Positions 10,681-22,869 of a stretch of DNA of 37,042 nt are shown piece by piece. The notes under the pieces are model-generated. The model was not told the origin of the DNA, did no database searches, and worked only from the letters and a program-made list of their open reading frames with translations. Within the stretch, counting starts at the first letter, position 1. Every line of letters begins with the position of its first letter. Source of the DNA: Octopus bimaculoides (lineage: Eukaryota); the NCBI RefSeq assembly GCF_001194135.2, contig NC_068990.1, positions 60,216,181-60,253,222 on the forward strand, in the 5' to 3' direction. Position numbers and translations under genes: made by a program.

Positions 10681-12593
10681 AAGTACAATGGTCATAGGAG
10701 TGAAACTAGAATCACACAGTGAGCCAAACTTCTAAACTATGCAAACATTTATCTTTCATTTCTATAGAAGAGGTAGAACAAGTATAAAGATAGAGATTTT
10801 GTTCAATTCAACTGATTATTCCCTTTGCTAAAATGTTCTAACATTGTACAAATAAGTATAACTACAATGTTCACCACAAAATTCAAAGAATTTATTTGTC
10901 TTGGCAGCTGTTATTATTTTCAAATATTCAGAAATAGTAGATCAATAAATTTAATGACTTGTAACTAATTAAATGTAATAAAATCCCTTGTTCAAAGTGC
11001 AAAATATACTGGCACCAGCAAGTTGGTTTTTGAAGGAGGTTAAGGGTAGGAGGTTAATTGACAACATTCATCTCCAGAATGTTTTGTTGTGTCTCTCTTA
11101 AAAATCATATCTAAATGCTATGGAACAGAGTTGAGAGATGAGCCAATACAACATGGCACTAAATGGATTACAATATTTACAACAATACCATCATTCACCC
11201 ACAGCAATGGGTGGATGATATTCTCAAGGTTAATATTTACTTTTTACATGATCACTTCTATGCACTTTCTCCCCCCCCTCTCTCTCTCTAATCCAATTCT
11301 TAATTAAATGCAGCTAAGTTCATAGAAAAAGCTAGAGCTATGCTACATTTTAAGTAAGCTCGATCAAATGATAATGATGATAAATATTAGATACTATAAT
11401 ATAAAATTGGCTGGGTTAAAAAAGTTACAATAGAATATGTATCTAAAAATGGGAGAAACTGCAGAGATGTAACTTGTAAATGGAATAGCTTCCTTATTCC
11501 ATTATTATTTTAGTTTTAATTATGCTGAAATAAAAGATCATAATAAGAGTACCCTAATTATGTAATCATTGTCAAATATCATGCTCTAGAAAGTAAAAAT
11601 TTACAAGACAAAAAGTGATCAAATTCTAGGGTGGTTACCTTCGAATTTTGTCACATGGGAAGCTTTAGATATAACATTAAGTAGCAATGCAGTGAAAAGA
11701 AGCAGTGATGCACTAGTTCCAAATTTTGATCAGTATTGGTAGAATTCAAACTTTGGATTGGTTCTATCTAGATGTGTGTCTTTTAGAGAAGTGTTGCACA
11801 AACTAAAAGTTTTCTGATTTTCTGATATGTATATTTAATAAATCATACATAGAGAGTGAATTAAAGGTGCAAAATAGTCAACTTTTAGGTGCAAAAATAA
11901 TTGTGGTTTCCAGTTCAAGTTTAGGTGCAAAATATTCCATAATTTTTATTCACATTTAGTAAAAATGCCATGGTTCTATGAGAATAAAATATTTATTTTT
12001 GATTTCAGACATAAATATGCCAATTTAAGCTCATGAAATTGTACATTTTCCTTGCGGTTTTTAAAGTAAGATTTATGTTTAATTCTTAAACCAAGAATTG
12101 TTTTCTAAGTTTATTTTTGTACCTAATGATAAAATCAACCAATGCCAATAATAGACAATTGATAATTAAAATAATGAATACAACTGTTATTTCTTAAAAC
12201 CAATTATTATTTTTTAATTTTAACTGGTAAAAAGTGATACCTGCAAAAAGAGTTGATGAGCTGGAAAAATAAATGCATGAAAGTGATAATATTCTTAAAT
12301 GAACCAAGAAAAGTACAGGACAAGAAGTAGAAGCTTAAAATGTTGCAAAAGAAATTGGAATTTGAATTAAATAATATGCTTATGGAGGTGTGGTGGGCTT
12401 CAGATGCAAAAGAGTCAGGAAAAAATTGCAGCTGGATGCTCTTCTTAGCACCAATCTCTATATCCAATGAATATCAGTTTGGAGGAGAATAAATGAAGAA
12501 AATAGGGGCAGGTCAAGGAGAAGGACAGTAACATAGATACAATGTAAAGTGAAGTGGGGAAGAAATGGTATCATTCACAGCACCTGGGGGTTA

Positions 12594-12810
12594 TGAGGGG
12601 GTGTTGAAAAATTTTGGGCTTTGAGGGTGTCACGAAAGGCCTGGTTGGAGGCTCAACCTTCCGAGTTCTTTTACAGGGCTTAGAAAAACTAAAGGAACAC
12701 TGCAATAAGTATGTGAATCTGGGAGGGGAATATGTTGAATAAAATCATAATTAACTTATCCTCCTATATTTTCTTTTACTCAAAGTCAGGAACTTTTCAG
12801 TACCCCCTTG
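12594..12810. mobile_element. Mariner-type MITE, copy 2 (inverted relative to 439-663)
   Basis: TA-TGAGGGGGTGTTGAAAAATTTTGGGCTTT ... AAAGTCAGGAACTTTTCAGTACCCCCTTG-TA. Confidence 0.85.
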
Positions 12811-12829
12811 TAGTGTCATAGTTAGGAGA

Positions 12830-13345
12830 TTGATCGAGGGATGTGTGTTAGAAGATGAGTTATGGGAGAAGTCTTGACAGAATCTCATTTTTGCTGAGTT
12901 GGAGGGTTTTTCTCAACTACAACATATCACAATTCATTTCAACCTTTTGTCATCTCCACGGGGCTCAACATCTTGAGGTTGGTCTTCATTACTGTATCCC
13001 ACATCTTTTTGAGTCTTCCTCTTCCACAGGTTCCATTCACATTTATCAATCAGCACTTCTTTATGCAACTGTTCACATTCATCCATATCATATAATCACA
13101 CCAGCACAATCTTTTGTCTTGCACACCATATTTAATGTTTCTTATACCCAATTTTTCTCTCAACACATTTGTACTTTGTTGTATGTGCACACTGTCATTG
13201 CACATCCAGCAGAGTATATAAGCTTCATTTCCTTCTAGTCTTCATATGTACTTTGATTTCATAGCTTAAGTTTCACAACCTGTAGCATTGCTGTTCATAC
13301 ATAGGCATTGTACAATCTGCCTTTCACTCTGGGAAAGAAGTCTAT
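12830..13345 (-). mobile_element. RTE LINE ORF2 C-terminal relic
   Basis: Minus strand reads RVKGRLYNAYV*TAML, followed by degenerate sequence collinear with the post-RT region of RTE ORF2; many stops and frameshifts. Confidence 0.75.
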
Positions 13346-13354
13346 ATATCTTAA

Positions 13355-13530
13355 TCATCATCGTTTAACGTCTGTTTTCTATGCTGGAATGGGTTAGACA
13401 GTTTGACAGGAGCTGGCAAGCCAGAGGACTGCCCCTAGCTCCTGTCTGTTTTGGCATGGTTTATACAACTGGATACCATTCCTAACACCAACCACGTTAC
13501 AAAGTGAACTAGGTGCTTTTTAAGTGGCAT
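13355..13530 (-). mobile_element. RTE-tail fragment
   Basis: CATCATCGTTTAACGTCTGTTTTCTATGCTGGAATGGGTTAGAC... Confidence 0.75.
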
Positions 13531-13531
13531 C

Positions 13532-13563
<32 letters not shown>

Positions 13564-13772
13564 TTATATATAGTAATTAATTAAAAGTACATTTGTATAG
13601 ATAAAAGCAACAAACATTAACTGATTTAAAAACTCAGCACATACGTAAAGTCTGATATTTAAAATAATTTATTTTGTTGACAGCAACCTTAAAGTTTCTT
13701 AAAACTTATATCAATGAAACCTTAAACTTTCTATCAATACAATTGTTATAAATATGTATATGTATATATCTA

Positions 13773-14989
13773 TCAGGTCCGATTTTACCTTTTAAAACCT
13801 GAATGAAATTTAATAGTATTTTGGAATGTCTAATGGAATTAAAAATTATTTTTATGCATTTGTGTACATTTAAACAAATTAAATATTATTTTACAGAATA
13901 ATAGAATTAAAATTTCTTTGATTAAAACCTTTTCTAACATGGAAGTATCCAAAGAGCATTTGAGGTACATAATGCTTTATGAGTACAAAAATGGAAACTC
14001 TGCAGCCGAAGTGACTCGAAACATATACTCAGTTTATGGGAAAGAATGCTTGAATGAAAGAACTTGCAGAAGATGGTTTGCAAAATTCAGAAGTGGAGAT
14101 TTCAGCTTTGAAGATGAAGATCAAACAGGATGTCCAGCTGAGTTTGATGATAAACTCCTTGAGGCATTATTTGAAGAAAATCCTGCATTATCAGTTGAAG
14201 AATTGGCAATAGAGCTTAGTTCAAACCATACAACTGTTCATCGTCATCTTCAACAACTTGGAAAGGTTCCTAAACTTGGAAAATGGGTGCCTCATGAATT
14301 GTCCGAAAGCACCACAAATCCTGACATCTGCTCTTCTCTCCATTCTCGCAAACTCATTTCACCCTTTTTGGATAGACTTGTGACTGGTGACGAAAAATGG
14401 ATCTTCTATCGAAATGTTAAACATTATAAACAATGGCTTGGTAAAAGGGAAAAAAGCTCAACCACAACTGAAAAGGGAACTTCATGGGAAAAAGGTTCTT
14501 TTCTCTATATGGTAGGATGGCAAAGGAGTAATTCACTTTGAATTGTTACCACCTAATGCAACAATCAATGCTCAAGTCTACTGTCATCAATTAGAGTGTT
14601 TGAACCAAGCTTTGAAGAATAAAAGACCCGCTTTAGTGAATCAAAAATGTTTCATCAGGACAATGCGCAACACCACACTGCAAAGATCACATCACAGAAG
14701 ATCAAAGAGCTTGGTTGGGAAAAAATTCCTCATCCACCTTAATCTCCTGACCTTGCTCCTTCAGACTACCAAAGCAAGCCAGGAAGAGGTCGAAACTGAC
14801 ATTTCAAAGTTCTTCGCTTTGAAAACAAAAGAGTTTTACATTGATGGGATTTAAAAGCTTGTAAATAGATGGTAGGAAGTCATAGATAATCAGGGAAAGT
14901 ACATTGATGATTAAATTTCAATTAAATATAACATTTGATCACTTGTTTTCTTTATTCAAAATTCGGACAGAACTTATGGGATGACCTGA
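13773..14989 (+). mobile_element. Near full-length defective mariner (Hsmar1/cecropia-like), DD34D
   Basis: TA target sites at 13771-72 and 14990-91. ATG at 13939 gives MEVSKEHLRY...WVPHELSE...VTGDEKW; downstream frames give HQDNA...HPP*SPDLAPSDY with 34 codons between the catalytic Asp residues. Lesions: frameshifts, a stop in YSPDL and an internal deletion after SDY. Right TIR intact, left TIR partly deleted. Confidence 0.95.
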
Positions 14990-15507
14990 TATATATGTCG
15001 TTTGTATACACGTGAATAATTCATTACAATATAATATTAAATAATATAATATATTGATTTCTAGTATAGGTACAAGATCACAAATATGATGACAGGGAAC
15101 GTCGATTAAATCAACCTCAGTACATAACGATTTTCTATCTAGGCTGAAGACCAATAGTTGAAAAGGAATGTGCGAGGTAAGAGTCAGTTAAATTTGTTTC
15201 AGTCTATTAATAGTATAAATTAATTATTTAAACCACCTCCAGATTTGAACGCCTTCACTGAAAGGGCCTTAACTAAATGCTGTTAGTGCAGCAGTATACT
15301 CTATGCTAGCTATCTTTGATGCAATATATTGTCTTTAACACCGTATAATACATAGCAAATAAATATACCAACGCTTCTGGGTTAGACAAATCCACGAGCT
15401 ATTTTCGATACTCGGTTAAAGCCAAATAATTTCACTTCACCTGCTAATACCGTTGAGAAAGGCATTATCATCATGCAATTCCATTCCATTCTCTATTGTG
15501 GGTATGT

Positions 15508-15547
<40 letters not shown>

Positions 15548-16173
15548 ATGTGTGTGTGACACCTGAATTAGAAGAATCGTTTGAGCGTCAGACAAAATGG
15601 TTTGCAGTATCTAGTTATTTGCTTTTCATGTGCTGAGGTTAAATCTCGCCGAAATCTATATCTCATTCTCTTGGGTATGATAAATAAAGTACCAGTCACA
15701 TACTGAAGTCAATTTAATCCGCAAAACTCCACCCGGAATGCGAGATTTTGTACTTATGTTAGAAATCAATATAAATAACACAAAAGAGGAGATTGCTAGT
15801 GCGATCAAACCCCAATCATTTAAACTGTATTCAAATCCTTTTCAAACTCCAGGTACTGGCATCTACAATCACCTGAAGGCAAGCTGGTGCTTAAATAACG
15901 TGGCTCCTATTTATGTAGCTAAAATAATGATTAACCGGGAAGACATCTGTCGGTCATATCTGCACATTTACTCAATTTAATTATGGCAAATATTTAATTG
16001 TAATCGAATATTTCAAATATCATGTTATCATAATCCTAACAATGCAAATGGCCTTCTACGTTTGTTGACTATCATTTTAATTATTAGTTTATATTCTCTC
16101 ATAAATCGATGAAGCAACCTTGAAACACGAGATAGATAGATAGATAGATAGATAGGTAGACCTTTCTCAAAGT

Positions 16174-16779
<606 letters not shown>

Positions 16780-17679
16780 TCACGACACGATAAAAACAAA
16801 ATAGATTTTTATTATTTATTTTTTTCCAACGATAAAGTAAACTATCTAAAATAAACGAAAAGATCATATCATAAAAATTTTTTTTACTGATATTGGTCAA
16901 AAANNNNNNNNNNNNNNNNNNNNNNNNNNNNNNNNNNNNNNNNNNNNNNNNNNNNNNNNNNNNNNNNNNNNNNNNNNNNNNNNNNNNNNNNNNNNNNNNN
17001 NNNNNNNNNNNNNNNNNNNNNNNNNNNNNNNNNNNNNNNNNNNNNNNNNNNNNNNNNNNNNNNNNNNNNNNNNNNNNNNNNNNNNNNNNNNNNNNNNNNN
17101 NNNNNNNNNNNNNNNNNNNNNNNNNNNNNNNNNNNNNNNNNNNNNNNNNNNNNNNNNNNNNNNNNNNNNNNNNNNNNNNNNNNNNNNNNNNNNNNNNNNN
17201 NNNNNNNNNNNNNNNNNNNNNNNNNNNNNNNNNNNNNNNNNNNNNNNNNNNNNNNNNNNNNNNNNNNNNNNNNNNNNNNNNNNNNNNNNNNNNNNNNNNN
17301 NNNNNNNNNNNNNNNNNNNNNNNNNNNNNNNNNNNNNNNNNNNNNNNNNNNNNNNNNNNNNNNNNNNNNNNNNNNNNNNNNNNNNNNNNNNNNNNNNNNN
17401 NNNNNNNNNNNNNNNNNNNNNNNNNNNNNNNNNNNNNNNNNNNNNNNNNNNNNNNNNNNNNNNNNNNNNNNNNNNNNNNNNNNNNNNNNNNNNNNNNNNN
17501 NNNNNNNNNNNNNNNNNNNNNNNNNNNNNNNNNNNNNNTATATATTATGTCTATACATACATATATATGAATATATATATGTATGTATGTATGTATGTAT
17601 AACACACACACACACAGATATATGCATACATATACATATATATATGAATATATATGTCTATACATATATATGTGTGCAT

Positions 17680-17730
<51 letters not shown>

Positions 17731-18479
17731 TTGTATTCCAGAAGTTTTGAGACTTTTCCAAGAGAGACATTTATTAATTTCAATGAAGTACAAAACTCTA
17801 TTCTCCATCAAAGTAGGATCCTCTGATATTATTGCTCTAGTTGTAGCACTCAAGCAACTCCAAAGTGAAGATGTCCAGGTCCCTTGTCAAAGCATCCTTC
17901 ATCTTCTCCTTCACTCGAGGAACAAACAAAAGTCACAGGAAGTATGGTCTGGATTGTAGGGAGGATGAGGGATAGTTTTAATGCCCATCTCTGTCAAGTA
18001 GTTGGTTACCAGGATGGAATTGTTGAGTGGTGCATTATCCTGTTACAGACTCTAGCTTTTTGTGATGGAATTCTTTTTTTTTTTTTTCCTGAACTCTTTC
18101 AAAAGCTATACAAGGTACTGTTTGTTGACCGTCTGTCCAGAGGGAATCCAGTGAATGTAGATGAATCCCTCATTATTGAAAAAGTGGATTGCATCAATAC
18201 CAATTTCTATTATGGCATATTAAAGACAATTAACCCTGTAAAAGGTTGATAGTAACATTGAGGCTTTAGTCTCTCTCTATCACCTTTCAACAAAAATATA
18301 TATTAGGAACAGTAGAACAGAGGCAGGTGTGAATGATTAACAACATAATAGAATAAGTTTTATTTTGGTGATGCTTGGCTTTACAAAACCTGTATAATTC
18401 AGCCTGGTCGCTGCTGGTTAACTTATAATCAGCATCTGAGGATTAAGAGCTTCGTTGAGGCATCCCAGTAGAGCAAGTT

Positions 18480-18720
18480 GTCACATCAAAGGCACCGTGC
18501 TAAAGAGGCTTAGAAAACGCGCGAAGCGCTTGAAGTACTGGTTTACTACGCATGTGCACTCGAGGGGCTTCCGGGATAGCAAGTCCCTTGCGCATGCATA
18601 GATTGCACTTCCTTAATGGCATCCATAATTTTGCGCCACTACAGCCCTTTATAGGTTCGACACATTAATCTGTAATGATTGGTCATTTTACCCATCATGT
18701 GAGTTTTGACCATTGGATGA
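18480..18720. promoter_or_regulatory. CpG-rich promoter-like patch
   Basis: 11 CpGs in 18481-18660 by eye. Motifs: NRF1-like TGCGCATGCA (18589-98), ETS-like CTTCCGG (18568-74), ZNF143-like ACTACAGCCC (18638-47), and two reverse CCAAT boxes (18678, 18712). Motif matches only. Confidence 0.4.
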
Positions 18721-19313
18721 GTCCTGTGCTGTGGTTGATTGAGTATTGCATGGGATTTGGATTGAAGGTCTGATCACATTGCACGTAATACATTCTGAAA
18801 CAACTAATTGGTATGTACTCTAGAGTCTACCTTTTCCCATAAATTCATGTGACAAATTATTTAAATCAGAGGGGTGAGTGATTTTCATAAAGACGAGTTA
18901 TGCTGATTTCTTTTCCACCAGAGAAAAATTAATATAACAGAGCACATGAAACTAATGACAACCTAAGTTGAATTATTCAAATGATGGATGAACTACAGTT
19001 ACCAGAATTCGTAATGTTTCTCATTTGTACCACTTTATGGAAGAATAAAGTCTTTCTGTTATTTTAAAGTTAATTTCTTTTGTTACTTCCATATGTGAAC
19101 ATGCAAAATATACTATACGATGGTATATAAGATTCCATAGCAAAACAAAGGGAGACTTGAGACCTATTACTAAAGGATCATCATCAGCTTCTTGATAGAC
19201 TTGCTTTGCCAGGTCCCTTGTGCCAGCAAAACAAATGCTCAGCTCGTACAAGTTAATCCATAAGCAGTCTGGAGCATTTTAGAAGTTTCTCTAGTATTTT
19301 TTGCCCTGTTTAA

Positions 19314-19535
19314 CCCTTTTGGTACCAACCCAGCTGAAACCGTCTCTGGCTCTGTAGTACAAATGTCTTGTTTCCAAAAGTTCTGAATTAAAATCTTCCA
19401 CTAAACCTCAGTCACAATTTATGTTCCTAACACTAGCTCAATGATGAATAAGTTATTTTACTAAATTCTTTGTTATATCTAAAATTAATTGAAAGAAACA
19501 CAGAGCATCTCAACAGAAATATGGTAACAAAAGGG
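19314..19535. mobile_element. piggyBac-type MITE (222 bp)
   Basis: TTAA-CCCTTTTGGTACCA ... TGGTAACAAAAGGG-TTAA: 13/14 TIR match with a TTAA duplication. Confidence 0.9.
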
Positions 19536-19844
19536 TTAATACAAAAACTTTATTGTATAGTAAGCTTCCAAATTGAATTCATGTCTCAACTGCATTCTTC
19601 AAACCAGTAAGATGTGACATGTAGGGTGTGTTCAAAGTGCTCTTACAGCTGTTTCCTTCAATTTAGAATAACAAAAGTTGGCAGGTCAGCTTATTATATG
19701 CATAGTAATAATATTCAAAAATTACAATAACCTTGGATAGTTAGAACTGTCTCACCTAAAAGAAAGTCTTAAAACTTCAGGAATGCACCTTGTATGTATG
19801 TGCGTGTATATATGTATAAATGTATGTGTGTGTGTGTGTAATTG

Positions 19845-21850
19845 AAATTAACAGAAAAACAAAAGATGAAGACAGGTGTATAAACAAGCAGGTGTATTAG
19901 TTTGGTGCTCAAGAAGGTGAGAAAGTCTTTACTATTTCAGGGTGACTAGTTCGAAAAAGGTAGTTGGACAGGAAAGCCAGGGAGAAGGGAAGATAATAAA
20001 GTACTGGTGATCCCAAAATGAAGGTGCGTGTGCATGTGTATATGTGAGAGTAAGTGTGTATGTGTGGATAGGGGCTGGTGACTTTGACGTGTGGATGTGT
20101 GCGTGTATGTGTGTGTGCGTCTGTAATGTGTGGGTGTGTGGATGATAGTGTGGGTGCTGGGAAGTGGTCAGTGCGGAATTGTGTGGGTGGTGTGTTGTGG
20201 TAAGGTGGTGTGTGGTATGGTGTGGATGTGTAGGGATGTGAGGGTGGAGTGTGGATTTGGAGTAAGTATGTGGTAGTGGAGGGGAGGTGTGGGGTAGTGG
20301 TGGTGTATGTCAGAGTGAGATGTTTGGAGGTGGGGTGTGGATGGAGGGAGGTATGAATCAAGAGAGAAGGTGGGTAGGAGTGAAGAGAGGAAGTAGGTGT
20401 CAGGACAAGAGAGGAGAGGAGGGGAGTCAGATGAAGTGCGTAGGGAAGTTGAGCCCATGTGGCACAAAGGAGCGAAGAAAGAAAATTAATTCCTTTTCGT
20501 GGAGAAGGTGGGAGTCCAGATGGCTCCTGTACAAAGACAATTCAAACACAGACAGGTGTTGTAATGAATGGCTAGTAGAGGGGAAATTGCATCAGACCAG
20601 GGTGTCATTGCCAAGTCTAATGTCTCAGAGGTGCTCCGCAAACCAGTCAGCCAAGCAGCGTCCTGTTTGACTGATGTACAGAGAAGGACAGAAAGAGCAG
20701 GGGATATAGTAAATAATGTTGCTAGAAGTGCAAGTAAAAGAGTCAGCGATATGATAGGGAGGATGATGGGTGCCTGTGAGGATGGTGGTGTTGGAGGGGT
20801 AGGGGCAAGTGCGGCAGCATGGGCAGGAGCAGGGGAATGAGCCAGGTTGGGAGGTGTGGTTAGGGAATAAATTGTGGACCAGGAGGTCACGTAGGTTGTG
20901 GGCTAATTTGAAGGAGGGAAGAGGTAGGTTGGGGAAGATGTGTGAAGTGGTGGGGTCAGACTAAAGTCGCTGGAAGGCTCAGAGAATGGTGCGTTGGAGG
21001 GGCACGGTGGAGGGGTGGTAGGTGAGGGGAAACGAGAGATGGGCAACAGTGGGGCAAGTGCAAGGAGAGAGAGCAGAGGCATGGTCCATGGAACGTGCTC
21101 TGGCAAGGGCGGTGTGGATAGTGGTGAGGGGATATCCACGAAGGATGATGTGGCGAGCCATGAGTTGAGACTGAGTCTCAAAGTAACGGTTGTCACTGCA
21201 GAGCCTGCGTAGACAGAGGAATTAGGAGTAGGGGATGGAGAGCTTGGTGTGGGTAGGGTGGGAGGAGGAGAAGTTGAGGCATAAGTGTGAGTCGGTGTGT
21301 TTGTAGTGGATGGAGGTAGTGAGAGCAGAGTTGTGAATGTTGACTGAAATGTCAAGAAAGGCAACGGAAGTGCTGGAAATGGTGCAGGAGAATTCGAGGG
21401 CAGGATGGAAGGATTAGACAAAAGAGAGGAAGGAGTTTAGTTGTTAGTGGGAGAGTGAGGTCACACCGATACAGTCATCAATATAATGACCATATGATTC
21501 AGGAATGGAACCAGTGAGTGTTGAAAATATTTGGGCTTCAACATAGTCAATGAACAGTTTCACACAGTTGGGGGCCATTCTCATTTCCATGGCCACTGCC
21601 GAGACCTGTTGGTAAAACTCCCCCATGAATGAGAAGCAGTTGAGGGATAGAACAAGTCTGGCCAAAGAACTGTACTGTGGGTGTGTCAGGTTGGGTGTTG
21701 GGTCGAAGGTCTAGGAAGTGTCTGAGGGCAAGAAACCCTTCGTTATGTGGGATCACCGTAAATAGACTCTTGATATCAAGAGTAAAGAGAAGTTTAGAGG
21801 GGTGAGGAGGGAAAGAGAAAGAGTTGAAAAGGGGGAGAGCAGGGTTAGTG
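19845..21850 (-). mobile_element. Penelope-like element relic (RT + GIY-YIG endonuclease), 5'-truncated
   Basis: RT motifs LFTLDIKSLFTVIPH, YQQVSAVAMEMRMAP and YIDDCIG (21440-21830). Linker RGYPLTTIH...PLTYHP. GIY-YIG-like FTCTSSNIIYYIPC..CPSLYISQTGRCLADWFAEH (about 20630-20750). Simple-repeat-rich 3' region. Left boundary approximate. Confidence 0.9.
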
Positions 21851-21957
21851 TTGTATATATATATATATATATAAAGCAAACATTGGAGCTCAGAGCAGTC
21901 CCCTGGCTTGTTAGTTCCTGTCAACTATTCAACCTATACTGGTATGGAAAAGGGGGT

Positions 21958-22110
21958 GTTAAATGATTATGATAATAACAACGATGAATATGATGATAAT
22001 CTTCTTGATCATCATCATCATTGTCGTCGCCGTCATCATTGTCGTTGTTGTCCTCATCATCATCATCTTTATCTTCATCATCATTTTCATCATCATCCTT
22101 ATCATCGTCT
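21958..22110. repeat. Degenerate GAT/CAT/CGT trinucleotide low-complexity tract
   Basis: Visible mixed trinucleotide run; it explains the His-, Asp- and Ile-rich ORFs in several frames. Confidence 0.9.
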
Positions 22111-22759
22111 TCCTTAGCATGATTCCTTTTGTGCTTGGTATATGGCACACTGTGCACCAGTCCAAATTACTCAATTAGGAATGAGCAGGGTAGATTCTTC
22201 ACTAACTTACGCCACTTAAAATAAAAATCATGGCACAGGTTCTTCAACAACAAGTTTTTATTTCTTTTTTTTTTTTTTTAATTCAGGCTCAATTTCCAGA
22301 GGTTATAAAGTCAAGACAAATTAGAAGATGGGTATATTACTGGAGGTACCTAGTCCTGGCTTTGTTTACAGCCAACAGCTGGTTGATAGCTGTTTCGAGT
22401 ATGTGTAGGTAAATGTACAATTCAATATGTGTAACTGCACTTGCAAATGTAGATTGTCGATTTCTTATTTCACAATAGGCTCTGCCAGCCACCCTCAAAT
22501 TCTTTGTTACCGAGATGAGAATTCTGGATTTTTATTCGTATTTGTAGCAACTGTAGTTGCTAACCATGAGCTATACAAGAACTGTCAGCTTATCGATTTT
22601 CTTCGTAACTTTGATATGGGAAAAAGTGTGTAACCTTTGATGCTAATAAATTGTTATTGTTCCTGACCATACACTGTCCACATTTTATTCTCTATACCAG
22701 CCACAGACTGCTTGAAGCTTACAAACTTCCTACAATTGGATCCCTGGATCTTACCTTTG

Positions 22760-22869
<110 letters not shown>

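Larger units (their letters stand above)
17729..19792 (-). mobile_element. Mariner relic split by internal foreign sequence
   Basis: Outer ends share ATTCC(A/T)GAAGTTTT(G/A)AGACTTT (20/22) in inverted orientation, each next to TA. N-terminal piece at 19150-19600 (NTRETSKMLQTAYG...DDP); C-terminal piece at 17800-18200 (FNNEGFIYIHWIPSGQTVN...QDNAP...HPPYNPD). Confidence 0.8.

Noticed and set aside
19909-21421. Pro/Thr/His-rich and Gly-rich ORFs as host genes
   Set aside because: Alternative frames and low-complexity sequence of the Penelope-like element.
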